Assembly (NCBI GenBank): GCA_010015585.1
Contig: ML975150.1
Length of the DNA: 64,000 nt
Source: Eremomyces bilateralis CBS 781.70
Taxonomy: Eukaryota
Strand: one strand, 5' to 3'
Part shown: positions 49,912-61,994 of the stretch, piece by piece
Layout of the letters: every line of letters begins with the position of its first letter
How positions within the stretch are numbered: position 1 is the stretch's first letter
Program-made: the position numbers and the translations under genes
The notes under the pieces: generated by a model
What the model saw: only the letters and a program-made list of their open reading frames with translations
Database searches by the model: none
Told to the model about the DNA's origin: nothing

Positions 49912-52900
49912 ATGGCGGGCAGCACTCAACACATCAGCAGCGTGTCCATCGACAACCACTCCCAGGCTGCAGTGGGTACCTTCCAAGCACCAGTGTATAT
50001 AGGGAACAAAGAAAGCGAGTATTATAGCTGTACACTAGATGACGAGGCTAATCGGTCGTCTAGATCTGAACGATGCGCTCAATTCCCTCCCTATTGCTAA
50101 GGACGCGGCGTTCGACACCTATTACCGACATGAGCCGACCTGCCTTCCCAATACCCGCGTCGATCTCCTCAAAGATATATACAACTGGGCAGATGGAGAC
50201 AATTCGCCGACCATCTTCTGGCTGAGCGGTTTGGCCGGCACCGGCAAGTCCACAATCGCGCGAACGCTGGCTGCTAAGTACTTGGACACCGGCGGTATTG
50301 CAGCTAGCTTCTTCTTCTCAAGAAATGGTGGAGAAGGTGGATATTTACGTCATGGTGAAAGATTCGTTACAAGCATTGCAGTGCAGCTGGCCAGCAATGT
50401 ACCGCCTGCAAAACAGGCCATATGCGGTGCTATTTTTGCGCAGAGTAACATCGCCAGCCGGGCTCTCCGCGAACAATGGCGGCATCTCATTCATAGGCCA
50501 CTATCGGAGCTACCAGACAGAAACTGCCAGTCTCGATATATCCTTGTCGTTGACGCGCTTGATGAGTGCGAGAACGAGAACGACATCCAGACCATTTTAC
50601 AACTATTAGCGGAGACTCGGTCCTTAGAGACGGTCCAGCTTCGAGTGTTCCTAACCAGCCGGCGTGAGATTCCGATCCGGAACAGCTTCGTCCAGATCCC
50701 CGATGATGTGTACCAGGATGCTATCCTCCACGAAATATCGTCGTCGATTGTCGATCATGATATCCGAATTTTCTTGCGGCACGAGCTCGAACAAATTGCT
50801 CGTACGCACGGTCTCCCTGTTAGTTGGCCTGGCGACCAAGTCGTTGATCAACTAGTTGGCAGTTCATGTGGGCTATTCATCTGGGCGGCAACTACATGTC
50901 TCTTTATCAACGAAGCCAGAATGTATGCTCCAGATCGCCTATCTATAATCCTCAAGGCCGACTCTGCGGATGACTCGGCAGACGGGTTGTCTTCAGATAG
51001 CTCCACGACAGATGATAAGAATGACGATCCCGTAATGGCTCCACAACAGCACCTAGACAAACTCTACATCACAGTTCTCCGGAGTTCTGTCCAGAAATAC
51101 AAGAAGCCGGAAAGAAAGAAATGTCGCAAGCTACTAGGAACAACCATGGAGACCATTGCTGTCCTATCTTCACCTCTATCTACCCACTCATTAAGCAAAC
51201 TGCTTGACACTACGCAAGAAGGAATACACCAAATACTGAACGATCTTCATTCGATCGTGGACGTTCCAAAGAATTCGACTCATCCACTGCGTTTACATCA
51301 TCCATCATTCCGCGACTTCATCCTTAACCCAAAGCGATGTGAGGATTTAAAGTTTAGAATTGACAATAAGCAAGTGCATCGGACCCTTGCCATGCAATGC
51401 ATACAGCTTATGTCCAAAACTTTTAAACAGGACGACATATGCTGTATAGGCCATCCAGGTACGCTTATAACCCAAGTTAAACACAGCCAAATAGAACAAC
51501 ATCTTCCTCCTGAGATTCAATATGCTTGCCTCCACTGGATCCAACATCTCCAGAGGGGTGGGTCACAGCTTAAAGACACCGACCAAGTACATACGTTTTT
51601 GCAGAAGAATCTCCTTCGTTGGCTTGAGGCTCTCGGATGGATGAAGAATGTTTCTAAGGGGATTCATGCCATTGTTTCTTTGGAGTCTATGGCAGCGGTA
51701 AGCCAGGGTCAAATAAGATACGAATACTTGGCTAACTTACGCTTAGTCGCATAAATGTCTACGACTATTCGAGTTTGTTCATGATATAAAGCGATTCGTT
51801 TTATATAACCGGTCAGCGATCGAGCAAGCTCCTCTCCAGACATATTGTTCTGCACTTATATTTGCGCCAGAGGCGAGTATTGTACGGATACAGTTTAAGG
51901 GCAGCATGCCCCAATGGATGCGAAGATTACCAAAGGTAGATTATGATTGGAATGCGTTGCTGCAGACGCTCGAGGGCCATTCGGCGGGGGTCCACGCCGT
52001 GGCCTTCTCGCCGGACGGCAAGACGCTGGCGTCGGCATCGAACGACAAGACGGTCAAACTGTGGAACGCCGTGTCGGGCGCACTGCTGCAGACGCTCGAG
52101 GGCCATTCGACCGGGGCGATGGCCATGGCTTTCTCACCGGACGGCAAGACGCTGGCGTCGGCATCGTGGAACGGGATGGTCAAGCTGTGGGACGCCAGGT
52201 CGGGCGCTCTGCAGCAGACGCTCGAAAGCCACTCGAGCGGAGTCATGGCCATAGCCTTCTCGCAAGACGGCAAGACGCTGGCGTCGGCATACGGGGACGG
52301 GATGGCCAAGCTATGGGACGCCGAGTCGGGTGTGCTGCAGCAGACGCTCGAGCGCTATTCAATCCCAGACATAGCTCTGGTCTTCTCATGGGACAGTAAG
52401 ACGCTAGCGTCAGCATCATGGGACGGGACGGTTAAGCTATGGGACGCCAGGTCAGGCGCGTTGCTGCAGACGCTCGAGGACCATTCGAGCCAGGTTAATA
52501 CCGTGGCCTTCTCGCGAGACGGCAAGACGCTGGCGTCGGCATATGGGGACGGGACGATCAAGCTGTGGGACGCCGGGTTGGGTACGCTGCAGCAGACGAT
52601 CGAGGGCCATTCGAGCGGAGTCCCGGCTATAGACTTCTCGCGGAACGGCAAGACGCTGGCGTCGGCATCGGCGGATATGACTATCAAGCTGTGGGACGCC
52701 AGGTCGGGGGCGCTGCAGCAGACGCTCGAGGGCCATTCAAGCCTGGTCATGGCCGTGACCTTCTCACGGGACAGTAAGACGCTGGCGTCGGCATCGGTGG
52801 ATAGGACGATCAAGCTATGGGACACTGGGTCAGGCACACTGCAGCAGACGCTCAAGCGCCATTCGAGCCCGGTTAATACCGTGGCCTTCTCGCGAGACGG

Positions 52901-53897
52901 CAAGACGCTGGTGTCGGCATACGGGAACGGGACGATCAAGCTGTGGGACGCCGGGTCGGGCGTCGTGCAGCAGACGCTCGAGTGCTATTCGAGCCCGGTT
53001 AATACCGTGGCCTTCTCGCGGGACGGCAAGATGCTGGCGTCGGCATACGGGAACGGGACGATCAAGCTGTGGGACGCCGGGTCGGGCGCCGTGCAGCAGA
53101 CGCTCGAGTGCTATTCGAGCCCGGTTAATACCGTGGCCTTCTCGCGAGACGGCAAGACGCTGGTGTCGGCATACGGGAACGGGACGATCAAGCTATGGGA
53201 CGCCGGGTCAGGCGCGCTGCAGCAGACGCTCCAGGGCCATTCGAGCGTAGTTAAGGTTATAGCCTTCTCGCCGGACGGCAAGACGCTGGCATCGGCATCG
53301 AACGACAAGACGGTCAAACTGTGGAACACCGGGTCGGGCGTGCTGCTGCAGACGCTCGAGGGCCATTCGTTCGGGGTCGTGGCCGTGGCTTTCTCACCGG
53401 ACGGCAAGACGCTGGCGTCGGCACCGTGGGACAAGACGATCAAGCTATGGGACGTTGGATCGGGCGTGCTACAATTGATACTCGAGGGCCATTCCCACCG
53501 GGTTAACGCCGTGGTCTTCTCGCGGGACAGCAAGACGCTGGCGTCTGCATCGGCCGACAGGACGGTTAAACTGTGGGACGTCGGATCGGGCGCAGTGCTA
53601 CAGACACACGATGTTGGGAATATCTGCTACGATCTCTCTTTCTCCGATAACGGCACTTCTATCCAGACGGACCGTGGATCCTGGCCTATTTTATCGCCTT
53701 TCTCTGATGGTACAGGTGTGACCAGTCCACAATATCTATTTTCTATCTTTGTTCATGACCAATGGGTAAGTAGCCATACCGAGCGGATCCTTTGGCTTCC
53801 TTCCGAGTATCGGCCAAGCGCGATTGCTGTTTATGAGGGTATTGTTGCTTTCGGTTATATATCTGGAAGAGTTATAACCATGGAACTTGCTTTGTAG
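49912..53897 (+). CDS. NACHT-WD40 NLR (NWD/HET-E-like) with short N-terminal amyloid-like motif
   Basis: CLPNTRVDLL, P-loop GLAGTGKST, Walker B VVDALDEC, HHPSFRDF, APLQTYCSALIFAP, 13 WD40 repeats; inferred introns 50015-50063 and 51698-51746. Confidence 0.92.
51957..53605 (+). repeat. Tandem 126-nt (42-aa) WD40 repeats, 13 copies, high internal conservation
   Basis: Recurrent gcagacgctcgag...ttctc...acggcaagacgctggcgtcggcat...aagctgtgggac with 126-nt period. Confidence 0.93.
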
Positions 53898-54161
53898 TGT
53901 TCACCCAAGTTTTCTTGACCTCCTACCTACCTACCTCCTTTGTAAATAGTGTCTGTACCGCGTGAATAGCACGAGTATCAACAGCCAGGGAGTAATATTT
54001 GATTAGGAACCCAAAGGCTTTGAATGTCAGCAATGATGATTTTGAGTTGCTTGATTTGAGGGCTGAGTCTGTGGGAGGTGCTTACGAAGAAGTACATTGG
54101 TCGATTCTGTGAGCCAACTGTCCGAAGAGCATCTTGATTCTTTACAAAACACGCGCTAGCC

Positions 54162-55732
54162 AGAGTATCCAAATGGCTGGTGAGATTTTACATTCCGTTT
54201 TTGAGATTTCACATACGGCTGGTGAGATGTCTCCCTCCGTATTTGAGATTTCTCCCACGCGCTAGTAATTGTAGAAATTAATCGCTCAACTGGACCTAGT
54301 GCGCAATTTCCTTTATTTTCGCCTAAGGGACAACTTCAATTAGTTATCAATGTTCAATCTATTCCTTCTCTCACAGACCTCAGCATGGAGGATATCATCA
54401 TGGAGGATATCACCCCTCCTCCAGATGGTCTTCACGCGTCTTATGAAGAAGCCTACAATGCTCTCAAAATTCATGGTATGCAGCATGGTTACGGCTTCGT
54501 TCTCAAACGGAGCAAACCTTACGGTTCTGATATAAAGACGCGATATTACTATCAATGTGATCGATCCGGAAACTATCAGTCAAGAGCAAGGATTCTAAGC
54601 ACAAGTACACGCACAATAGGGTGTAATTTTAGGCTTGTCATATTCAAAAACAAAAATGACGACCAGTGGAAGCTAGAGGTGCTACACGAGTATCACAACC
54701 ACCCCCGATCACTTAACCCTAGTGCGCATAATGTCTATCGCAGGCGTACATCAGCACAGAAAGACATAATTGAATCAATGACACATGCCGGGGTACGGCC
54801 GATGCAGATAATGGCTGCTATTCAAAAGGAGGACTCGGAAACGCTAGTCTCTGCCACCGATATCCGCAGCGAGAGGAAGGCAATTAGAGAAAAGCACTTA
54901 GATGGGAGGAGTCCGATTGAGACATTACTAGATGACTTATCTACGCCGGAATGGGTCTTTTCTGTTAAGAAGGACGCGGATAATCACGTACAAGGTCTCT
55001 TCTTTGCCCACCAGAAGCAGATCGAGCTACTGCTTGCGAATCCCGATATCCTATTAATAGACTGTACGTACCGAACCAAGTACAAGCTCCCGCTGTTGCA
55101 CATACTCGGCTGTACCAATCTATAGACCTTCTTCTCTGCCGGGTTCTGCTTCCTCCACAGCGAGAAAGAAGTAGATTACCATTGGGCAATCTCAAACTTC
55201 CTCCTCAAGACAGGGACACCGCAGCCACGCGTGTATATTAGCGATCAAGAGGATGCGGCGAAACTAGCAGCTCGCACTCTGTTTCCAAGTGTTCTATAAC
55301 TCCTGTGCGTATGGCATATCAACAAGAATGTGCAGACAAAGGCTCAAAAGACCTGGCGAGACGCTGATGGCGTGACAAAAGAGGAGAAGGGGAGAATCGC
55401 TGAGAAACGGGCTCAATTCATGAAACGTTGGAGTCAAGTATGCTCCCCGCTAATGGCCTCTTATAAGTCTTTTATAGAACTAACTAGAGCAGCTTGTCTA
55501 CGCAAAAGGACTACTTATATGTAAGCTGAAGTGGGACGAGTTACTCAAAGACTATGCTGACCAGCAAGAGCTTTGCCAATACTTACGCAAAATCAATGGC
55601 ATACACGCACTAAGTGGGCAGCTGCTTGGACGTCTCGGCATCGACATTACAATACAATTACCACTTCTCCTGTTGAAGGAATGCACAAGGTTTTAAAAGA
55701 CTACCTTATGACTTCAACAGGCGACTTCCTAT
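54162..55732 (+). mobile_element. Mutator-like (MULE) transposon, 3'-truncated, RIP-type stops
   Basis: FAR1-like YYQCDRSG...GCNFRL..HNHP; DCTYRTKYKLPLL; ISDQE; LCVWHINKN; TTSPVEGMH; in-frame TAG/TAA; 42-bp tandem unit at 54175-54257. Confidence 0.88.
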
Positions 55733-55739
55733 GTCGGGA

Positions 55740-56290
55740 TTGACGCGTCCGTAGTATCATCGGCAACGCGTTGTAGCCACATCTCCTATGCTGTCCGAAT
55801 CGCCTCCGCTATGAAGTAGCTGTCAATCTTGGAGGCAGTCTCGTCGTATATGGCGGCGCCGGCAGAGTAGAAAAGGTCCTCTATTGAAAGTGGAACCTTG
55901 CGGTGCAGCATCGACTTCCTCAATCCACCTGGGGGAATGTCGGCGCCTCTGAAAACTTTCTCCGTTGTCATAGAGCGCATTTCTGCATGGTTTAAGACAA
56001 CATAGGCATCCAGCAGCTGGCCGTATCGACGGACCGTCCCCCACATACGGTCAGTCGATGTCCATTCCGAGAGCCGGTGAGGATGTCTTTGTTTGTTCTA
56101 CCACAGTTTCGAGATGCCTGTGGACCCCCCTGTAGCCTTCACAAATCCTAAACTGGTGAAGAAGATCGAGGACACGCCGTTTAACGCCATTGGAGTGTAG
56201 AAAGGCACCAAATATGCGGGGAAACTTGTTGCTTCCTTCCGAGGCTCGAGAATAACAGAAAAATAAACTACAGTACATCTATATCCGTTG
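55740..56290 (-). pseudogene. Fragment of a DUF6589-like (transposon-associated) protein
   Basis: GAFLHSNGVKRRVLDLLHQFRICEGY and GLRKSML..PLSIEDL..SYFIAEAIR resemble fungal DUF6589-type proteins; abuts the MULE truncation. Confidence 0.5.
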
Positions 56291-56294
56291 ACCC

Positions 56295-57740
56295 TCAAGT
56301 CTGGCCGAGCTTTTGCAATCGAGTGATGAATCTCTCTAACCGTTCCCAAAGTGCTTCATTCTCTCCTGAATATTTTGCCCATGTCAAATCATCATATACT
56401 TTCCAAAAAGTCTCACTTTGTGATATTTGATCGCGAATTTCGCTTCTAGTGCGTCTGATATGTTTTGCCACTTCAAACGGTAGGCGGTGGTATTGATCCT
56501 CTGGTGCCAGAGTAAATCGAGATCTGATCTGATAAATCCGATCAAGGGAAATCTGAATCCGAGAAATGTCGTCCAAAGTAAGCTTTGCTTGCTGAAATGT
56601 TTCGTATATGATAGCCTCATTCTCAACCAGTAAAGCGGAGACACATGTAGGTAAAATATGCGGTTCAATCTCGGGAAGGATGCGCTTGTACATTGGCAAG
56701 TGGTGTAGCTCTTGAAGTAACATGCACTCAACCTGTAGACCATGGGGTTAGAGCTTACATATCGTTAGGTATATGATCCGCACCTTTTGGCAATACTCAA
56801 CTGGCCCACAGCTTCCAAGCAGCTGTTTAGATTCCGTCAAATAAAGGTCCCTTTTATTATCTAGTAGCTTCCTCTGCAAATTCGCTCGATATGGTAAAAT
56901 CCAAACCAAATCATTTGTCGCGTCCTGAAAAGGTTTGAGTGATTCCGCAAATCGCTCCAGCCAAGACCCAGAGGAAGTAAGAGGTAGACCATCTGCCGTC
57001 TCGTCGCCCTTGTGAGTGAGACCCTCTCTCGAGGCCGTCAGAGGCATTCCTGCGGCCAATGTTGGGTCATCGACCTGAGACTTACAGGCAGCTTGCACGA
57101 CTTGGAAGAAAAGGTCGGCTATGCCTCGTTTTTCATCGAGGAAAGTCGATGTCCAGACAAAAAGCAGGAGCTTTTCATAACCTAACGGATATTCGACAGG
57201 ATGTTTATATTCCTCTTCATATTGAAAGAAGCTTCTCTGTTCCCTTTTGACCCAGTGCCTATCCACGTATCGGAAGCTCTAAGATATACGTTTGGCGACA
57301 AGTTGGTATCGGTACCACTCACGGGTGTAAAATTCCAGGTTTTCTGGCCAGTTCAAATGTTTCACAGCGGCACACACTTCAGCTAGCTGTTGCTTGAAAT
57401 GATCCTCAAGACAGTAGTACAGCAGTTCTGTGGTCCAATTCACGATGTCCCCACGGAAGGTATGAAGGTATCGCGCTGGTGATAATTTGATGTAATCAGT
57501 TTCCGTGATTTCTATATGGCTTATTTGTGCAATTGAGGGTCGAACACCTACGTCTCAGACGGGTGCAATAGGAATACACCGCACAGCTAGAGCATTAGAA
57601 TTAGCATCTGCATAGAATCCACAGTGTGAAAATGGGTTCCCACATACTACGCTTCCATGTAATTATGAATATCCTCTGGCTCCCTGTCCCTGCTCCACAT
57701 GGCCTTGATGAGCACAGAAAACACAGTCCTCGACTCAACC
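56295..57740 (-). pseudogene. Divergent cullin (Cul1/Cdc53-like) N-terminal repeat region, truncated with internal stop
   Basis: Manual translation gives YMEA..AVYSYCT, LLYYCLEDHF, EFYTREWYRYQLVAKRIS*SFRYVDRHWVKRE, YLTESKQLL...VEYCQKV, TCVSALL...IIYETFQ in cullin order. Confidence 0.7.
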
Positions 57741-57894
57741 GCGAGATTTTCTCTATCTAAGCTTAGAAATCAATTTAGAGTGTAATACAGAATAACTTAC
57801 GCTGGTTCGAGAGCGGATGAGGTATTCTCACAACCTAAATTGTATCAATGTCCAACCTTCAACCACCCCTCTTCACTTCTCCGTCCTCCCCTCC

Positions 57895-58900
57895 TCACTG
57901 TGACTGATCGTCAAACGTTTCCTCCTCCGTATGAATAATCGTCGATTCTGGTTCCTTTGCGAGAGTATTTGTTGGCCCTGCAGCGTATGATCTCACACAC
58001 TTTGCACCATTTGGGGTTATAAATCGTCGATCAATACGGAGTAAGACATAAAGCCAAACCACCATAATCTCTACGCCGAAATTGACGATGTAAAATGCTG
58101 CTTTGTGGTAGTAAGCGGGCAATGGCTGGGTCCGCGGTACTGGGTTTATGTACGACGTTCCTGCATGGTACCACGCACCAAAAGCGAGCAGCGTGGTCGT
58201 CGAAAGCAGCACGAAAATCTTCGTCCGAAACCTGCCCGAGCCGAATTTCTCAACTCTGGTCTTCTTCTGCAATACCACCCCGATCAACACTATCGGCAGC
58301 GGGAGCGTTGCCACAAACCCTAGGTATGTCGCCGCGTATAGCTGGATGTCGCGAGCGATCCGCTTCGTATTCGGGTTCAGTGTGTAGAACGTCATCACCG
58401 TCACGGTGATGGTCATGACGAGCGTGGCCCCAACCAACACGTAGAGGCCGATCAATAAGGCCGAGAAGACGCGATGCCAGCCGAAGTGCGGGTGCTGGGC
58501 GCGGATAATATGCCATGCGAAGATGAGATTGATGATGAACAGCAGCAGCACGCCGGCGAGTACTAAGATCTGGGCGGCGATGGCGGTTGAGATGTTGCGT
58601 GGCCAGGTGATGCTCACGATGCGGAGGACAAGGGTCGTGATTCTGGCCATGCAGAAGCCTGGGGATTATATTAACAAACAGGAATCGTTCTGATTGTTGC
58701 GCTGCAATTGCGTACCAAAGAGGAGGGCGGAGAAGATGAATTTATGGCCTCTTCTTCTATTTTTCTGGAAGATGGTCATGTGTGCGGCGGCACCGGCGAC
58801 AAACAAGGCACAACAAGGCTAGGAACACAGCTGAGATGGGGATATCAGTGCTGGCCGTGGCTAGTCCCCCTAACATCCATACCTGGGGAAGATAGAGAGG
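57895..58900 (-). pseudogene. DUF3112-like multi-pass membrane protein, probable frameshift
   Basis: HMTIFQKNRRRGHKFIFSALLFGFCMARI, AAQILVLAGVLLLFIINL, RAQHPHFGWH, EKFGSG; local duplication near 58800-58820 shifts the frame. Confidence 0.65.
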
Positions 58901-59706
58901 TCCTTGTTGGGCCTGAAGATCCGATGGATTAGCTGGTTGAGGTACGCAAAGAGCATTTGGATGGCCATACCTGAGGATTTAGTTGCTGCAACATCTCTTC
59001 CTTAGAGGGAAAAGTTATCAGATTTGTTGCGAAGTCAGGTTCGTGATGAGCTCAAAAGTTGGCTGTTTGTTACTAGGAGCCTTTGGAGGCTTGCGAATAT
59101 CATGAAGAACGTCTCGTCCCCATGACAGTAGGGCTGAACCATCATATATATATGTACATGATGATACGAACGTCGAATTCGTACGTACAAGTAGAGTAGG
59201 TGATACCATTGCATATCTGTGAAATTCTGCTCGCTGAAGCAACTCCAATCGAAATATGGTTGAATGGCATCGGCGTGTCGTAGGGTTTGTCCGGAACAGA
59301 GATATCATTCTAATGCCAGACAGCGATCTATTGCCTCCACCGTTTCACTCCGCAAGTTTTGGGTATTACATTTGCTCACTCATAGTCTCATACGTAAGTC
59401 TTTGTCATTGACTCGAGCGGAGAGGCATTAAACTTCTTATTACCGTATATCGGCAACTCGGCATCTGGCACACCCGGCGATCACCATGTCGGCCATGCTG
59501 TGTCGCCGACAAGTGTTGCTAAATGAACACGTCTCGTCGACTCTCCGTTCATGTCGCTGACGAGCAAATGTGAGGCCCTCGATGATGGACTGGCCATAGG
59601 AAAGTAGGTGACTCACCCTCCCAAACTTTAGAGACTGTAAGAGCAGGCCTGTCCTAGGCGCTGGGAGCCAATAGAGGGATTCTGCTGGGGTTCAAAAAGC
59701 TCAAAG

Positions 59707-59905
59707 GGTGGTGAGATTTTCCCACCAGCGCTTGTATGGTGGAAATTAATCGCTCAACTATGCCTAGCGCTCGATCCCCTTCGTCTTCGCCTGGGGATGA
59801 CTTCAAATTTCAATGTTCAATCTGTTCCTTCTCTTACAAATTACAAACCTCAGCATGGAGGATATCGCCCCTCCTCCAGATCATCTTTACGCGTTCAATG
59901 AAGGC
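59707..59905 (+). mobile_element. Diverged 5' fragment of the same MULE family as 54162
   Basis: Shares ggtgagattt, gaaattaatcgctcaact, caatgttcaatct.ttccttctct and cctcagcatggaggatatc..ccctcctccagat with 54180-54430. Confidence 0.85.
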
Positions 59906-60367
59906 GTAGGAACGGGCGCAATTGGACGTAGGGCGGTCGAGAACGGCGGCGCAAGAAATGGCCGGAGCCCATATCGGGCGATACGATACGGGGTAGAATA
60001 ACTAGATCCCACGGTGAAGCTTCCGGGGACGGCAGGCGAGGTCCGGAGATAACAGGATGAACCCGAAATGAGACATGACTCGTGGTTAATGGCGTTCGCC
60101 ATCACTTCTTCATCTACTCCACCATTGCAGAACTTCAACCTTCATCAGCAGCAGCAATAGAACTACTCTTCCATCTCGCTCGCAGAAGACTCATTACCAA
60201 AGGCGCTTCCTCTGGCTCTCATAGTGGCCACCAGCAGCACACAAGTCCCACAATACTTCCGCCTTTGCAATCCCAGGGGTTGACGCTGATATTGATGTGC
60301 CACAGCGCCATCACCTAACGTTATTCTTTAGCAGAGGTCTTATCTCCCTATATCTCACTCTCTGGCC

Positions 60368-61917
60368 ATGAGTTTCCAATTTATCGAGAACGGCAGTACT
60401 GATCCAGCCACTCGCAAGTTGATACGCAGTCATGTTATGAAAGGCAAAAACACCAGCAAAAACACCGGCAAGACACGGCTGCGATCGACTCAAAAAGAAG
60501 AGGCCGACTTTAACTTCTTTAACGAGATTTCTAGTCCAGGAATTGAGTCGTCAGTAACCAATCGAAGCAACTATAATGTCCCCAAGAAGATGGATGTACT
60601 GTCTCCATCTCTGGGAAACAGCTTCTCTGGTGTCGAATTCGCATGGGAGGTGAGACCGTTCATGATAGATCTTATACATCAATGTGGGTACAGAGATAGC
60701 CATTTAAAGCTGCTTCTATTTGCTAACGTTTTTAGTCGTACATATCTCCAATCAGGCTGTTTATCCTATCGAATTCTGTAACCCTGTTGATACCAGAAGG
60801 CAGCTTTGGTTTCAATGTTTGTTAACTGACGAAGCTTGTAAGTGATCCAAGTTTGTTAGTGACAGACTGCTAATACCGAACAGTCTTTTACAGCGTGCTT
60901 GCTATGTCCGAGTTGTGTAAAGACTCGTGGACAGGGAAACAAGACACCTCGCCACGTGCCCTTCAGTATCTGTCGAACACCTATCGCTGTATAGCCCGAA
61001 ATATACGGCATTATGAGACTGTACCAGACTCTACAGTCGCTGCAGTCATGTCTATGGCCCTCCATGATGATTTTCGAGGACAGCTGAGTCGTAGTAAGGT
61101 CCATATAGATGCATTAGAGCACTTAATCGAGCTTCGTGGTGGCATCGCTACGCTGGAACCCAATTTCATTTTCGCCCAAAAGGTCTGCAGGTGAGTCCGT
61201 ACCTGCTCCAGCTGTTCGTTGTATCTCTGGCTAAATATGGATAGAGCAGATATTGAGTTCGCACTCCACGATGGATCACGGCCACGCTTCTATAGAGACG
61301 AGTTTCCTCGGAAGATCTTCACAATGATGTTAGAGCCCTCGAACACGTGGGGTAATTACACTTATCCGGCTGCAGAGAGGTGCCATCGCGATATAGCACA
61401 TGTCTACGCGGACATCATGGCTGTCTCAGGTCTCCTTAATAGTGACCGTGCCTGCTTCAAACTTGAGCCTGATATATACCAAGAGATTTTAATCTCTGTC
61501 TGCTATCGTCTGCTATACTCCTACCCGCTAGCTGGTAAAAGACCAGAAAGCAATAAAGAGTGTGCAATTCAGCTTGGACTACTGGCACTAATGACTACTA
61601 TGCTTTTCCAGCATGGCAGGTCTCAGCGACTCTCATATAAGCTCCTCGCGATGCTTCTCAGAAACATCTTCCTTAGCCCTACTGGCGAGCTACTGTTAGA
61701 GGAAAAGACACGTCTCTGGCTCCTTTTCATTGGTGGTATTTCCGTGTTTGAAATTAAGGATAGAGACTGGCTTGTCCCTCGCATCAAAACTTCTCTCCGT
61801 AACCTAGATGTGAGCAGCTGGGATGATGCTCTTACCGAAATCAAAAAATTTCCTTGGATCGATGCATTTCATCACGGGCCAGGTCAAGAGCTATGGAAAG
61901 TTGTAATCTGGGAATAA
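60368..61917 (+). CDS. Fungal transcription-factor-like protein (Fungal_trans_2-like), no Zn cluster seen
   Basis: FQFI...RKLIRSHVMKGKN, HIDALEHLIELRGG, KVCRADI, LWLLFIGG; several introns. Confidence 0.7.
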
Positions 61918-61994
61918 GTTGTGGCTATAAACGTGTTCTCGCTAACTGCGCACGCGCATACATGACCCGCGAACAACTTCCGAACACACAACAA

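Noticed and set aside
51957..53605. Regular repeats as a CRISPR-like array
   Set aside because: They are in-frame coding WD40 repeats in a eukaryotic gene, with no unique spacers
40087..59905. Starship giant element
   Set aside because: No tyrosine-recombinase captain gene or Starship boundary recognised in the window
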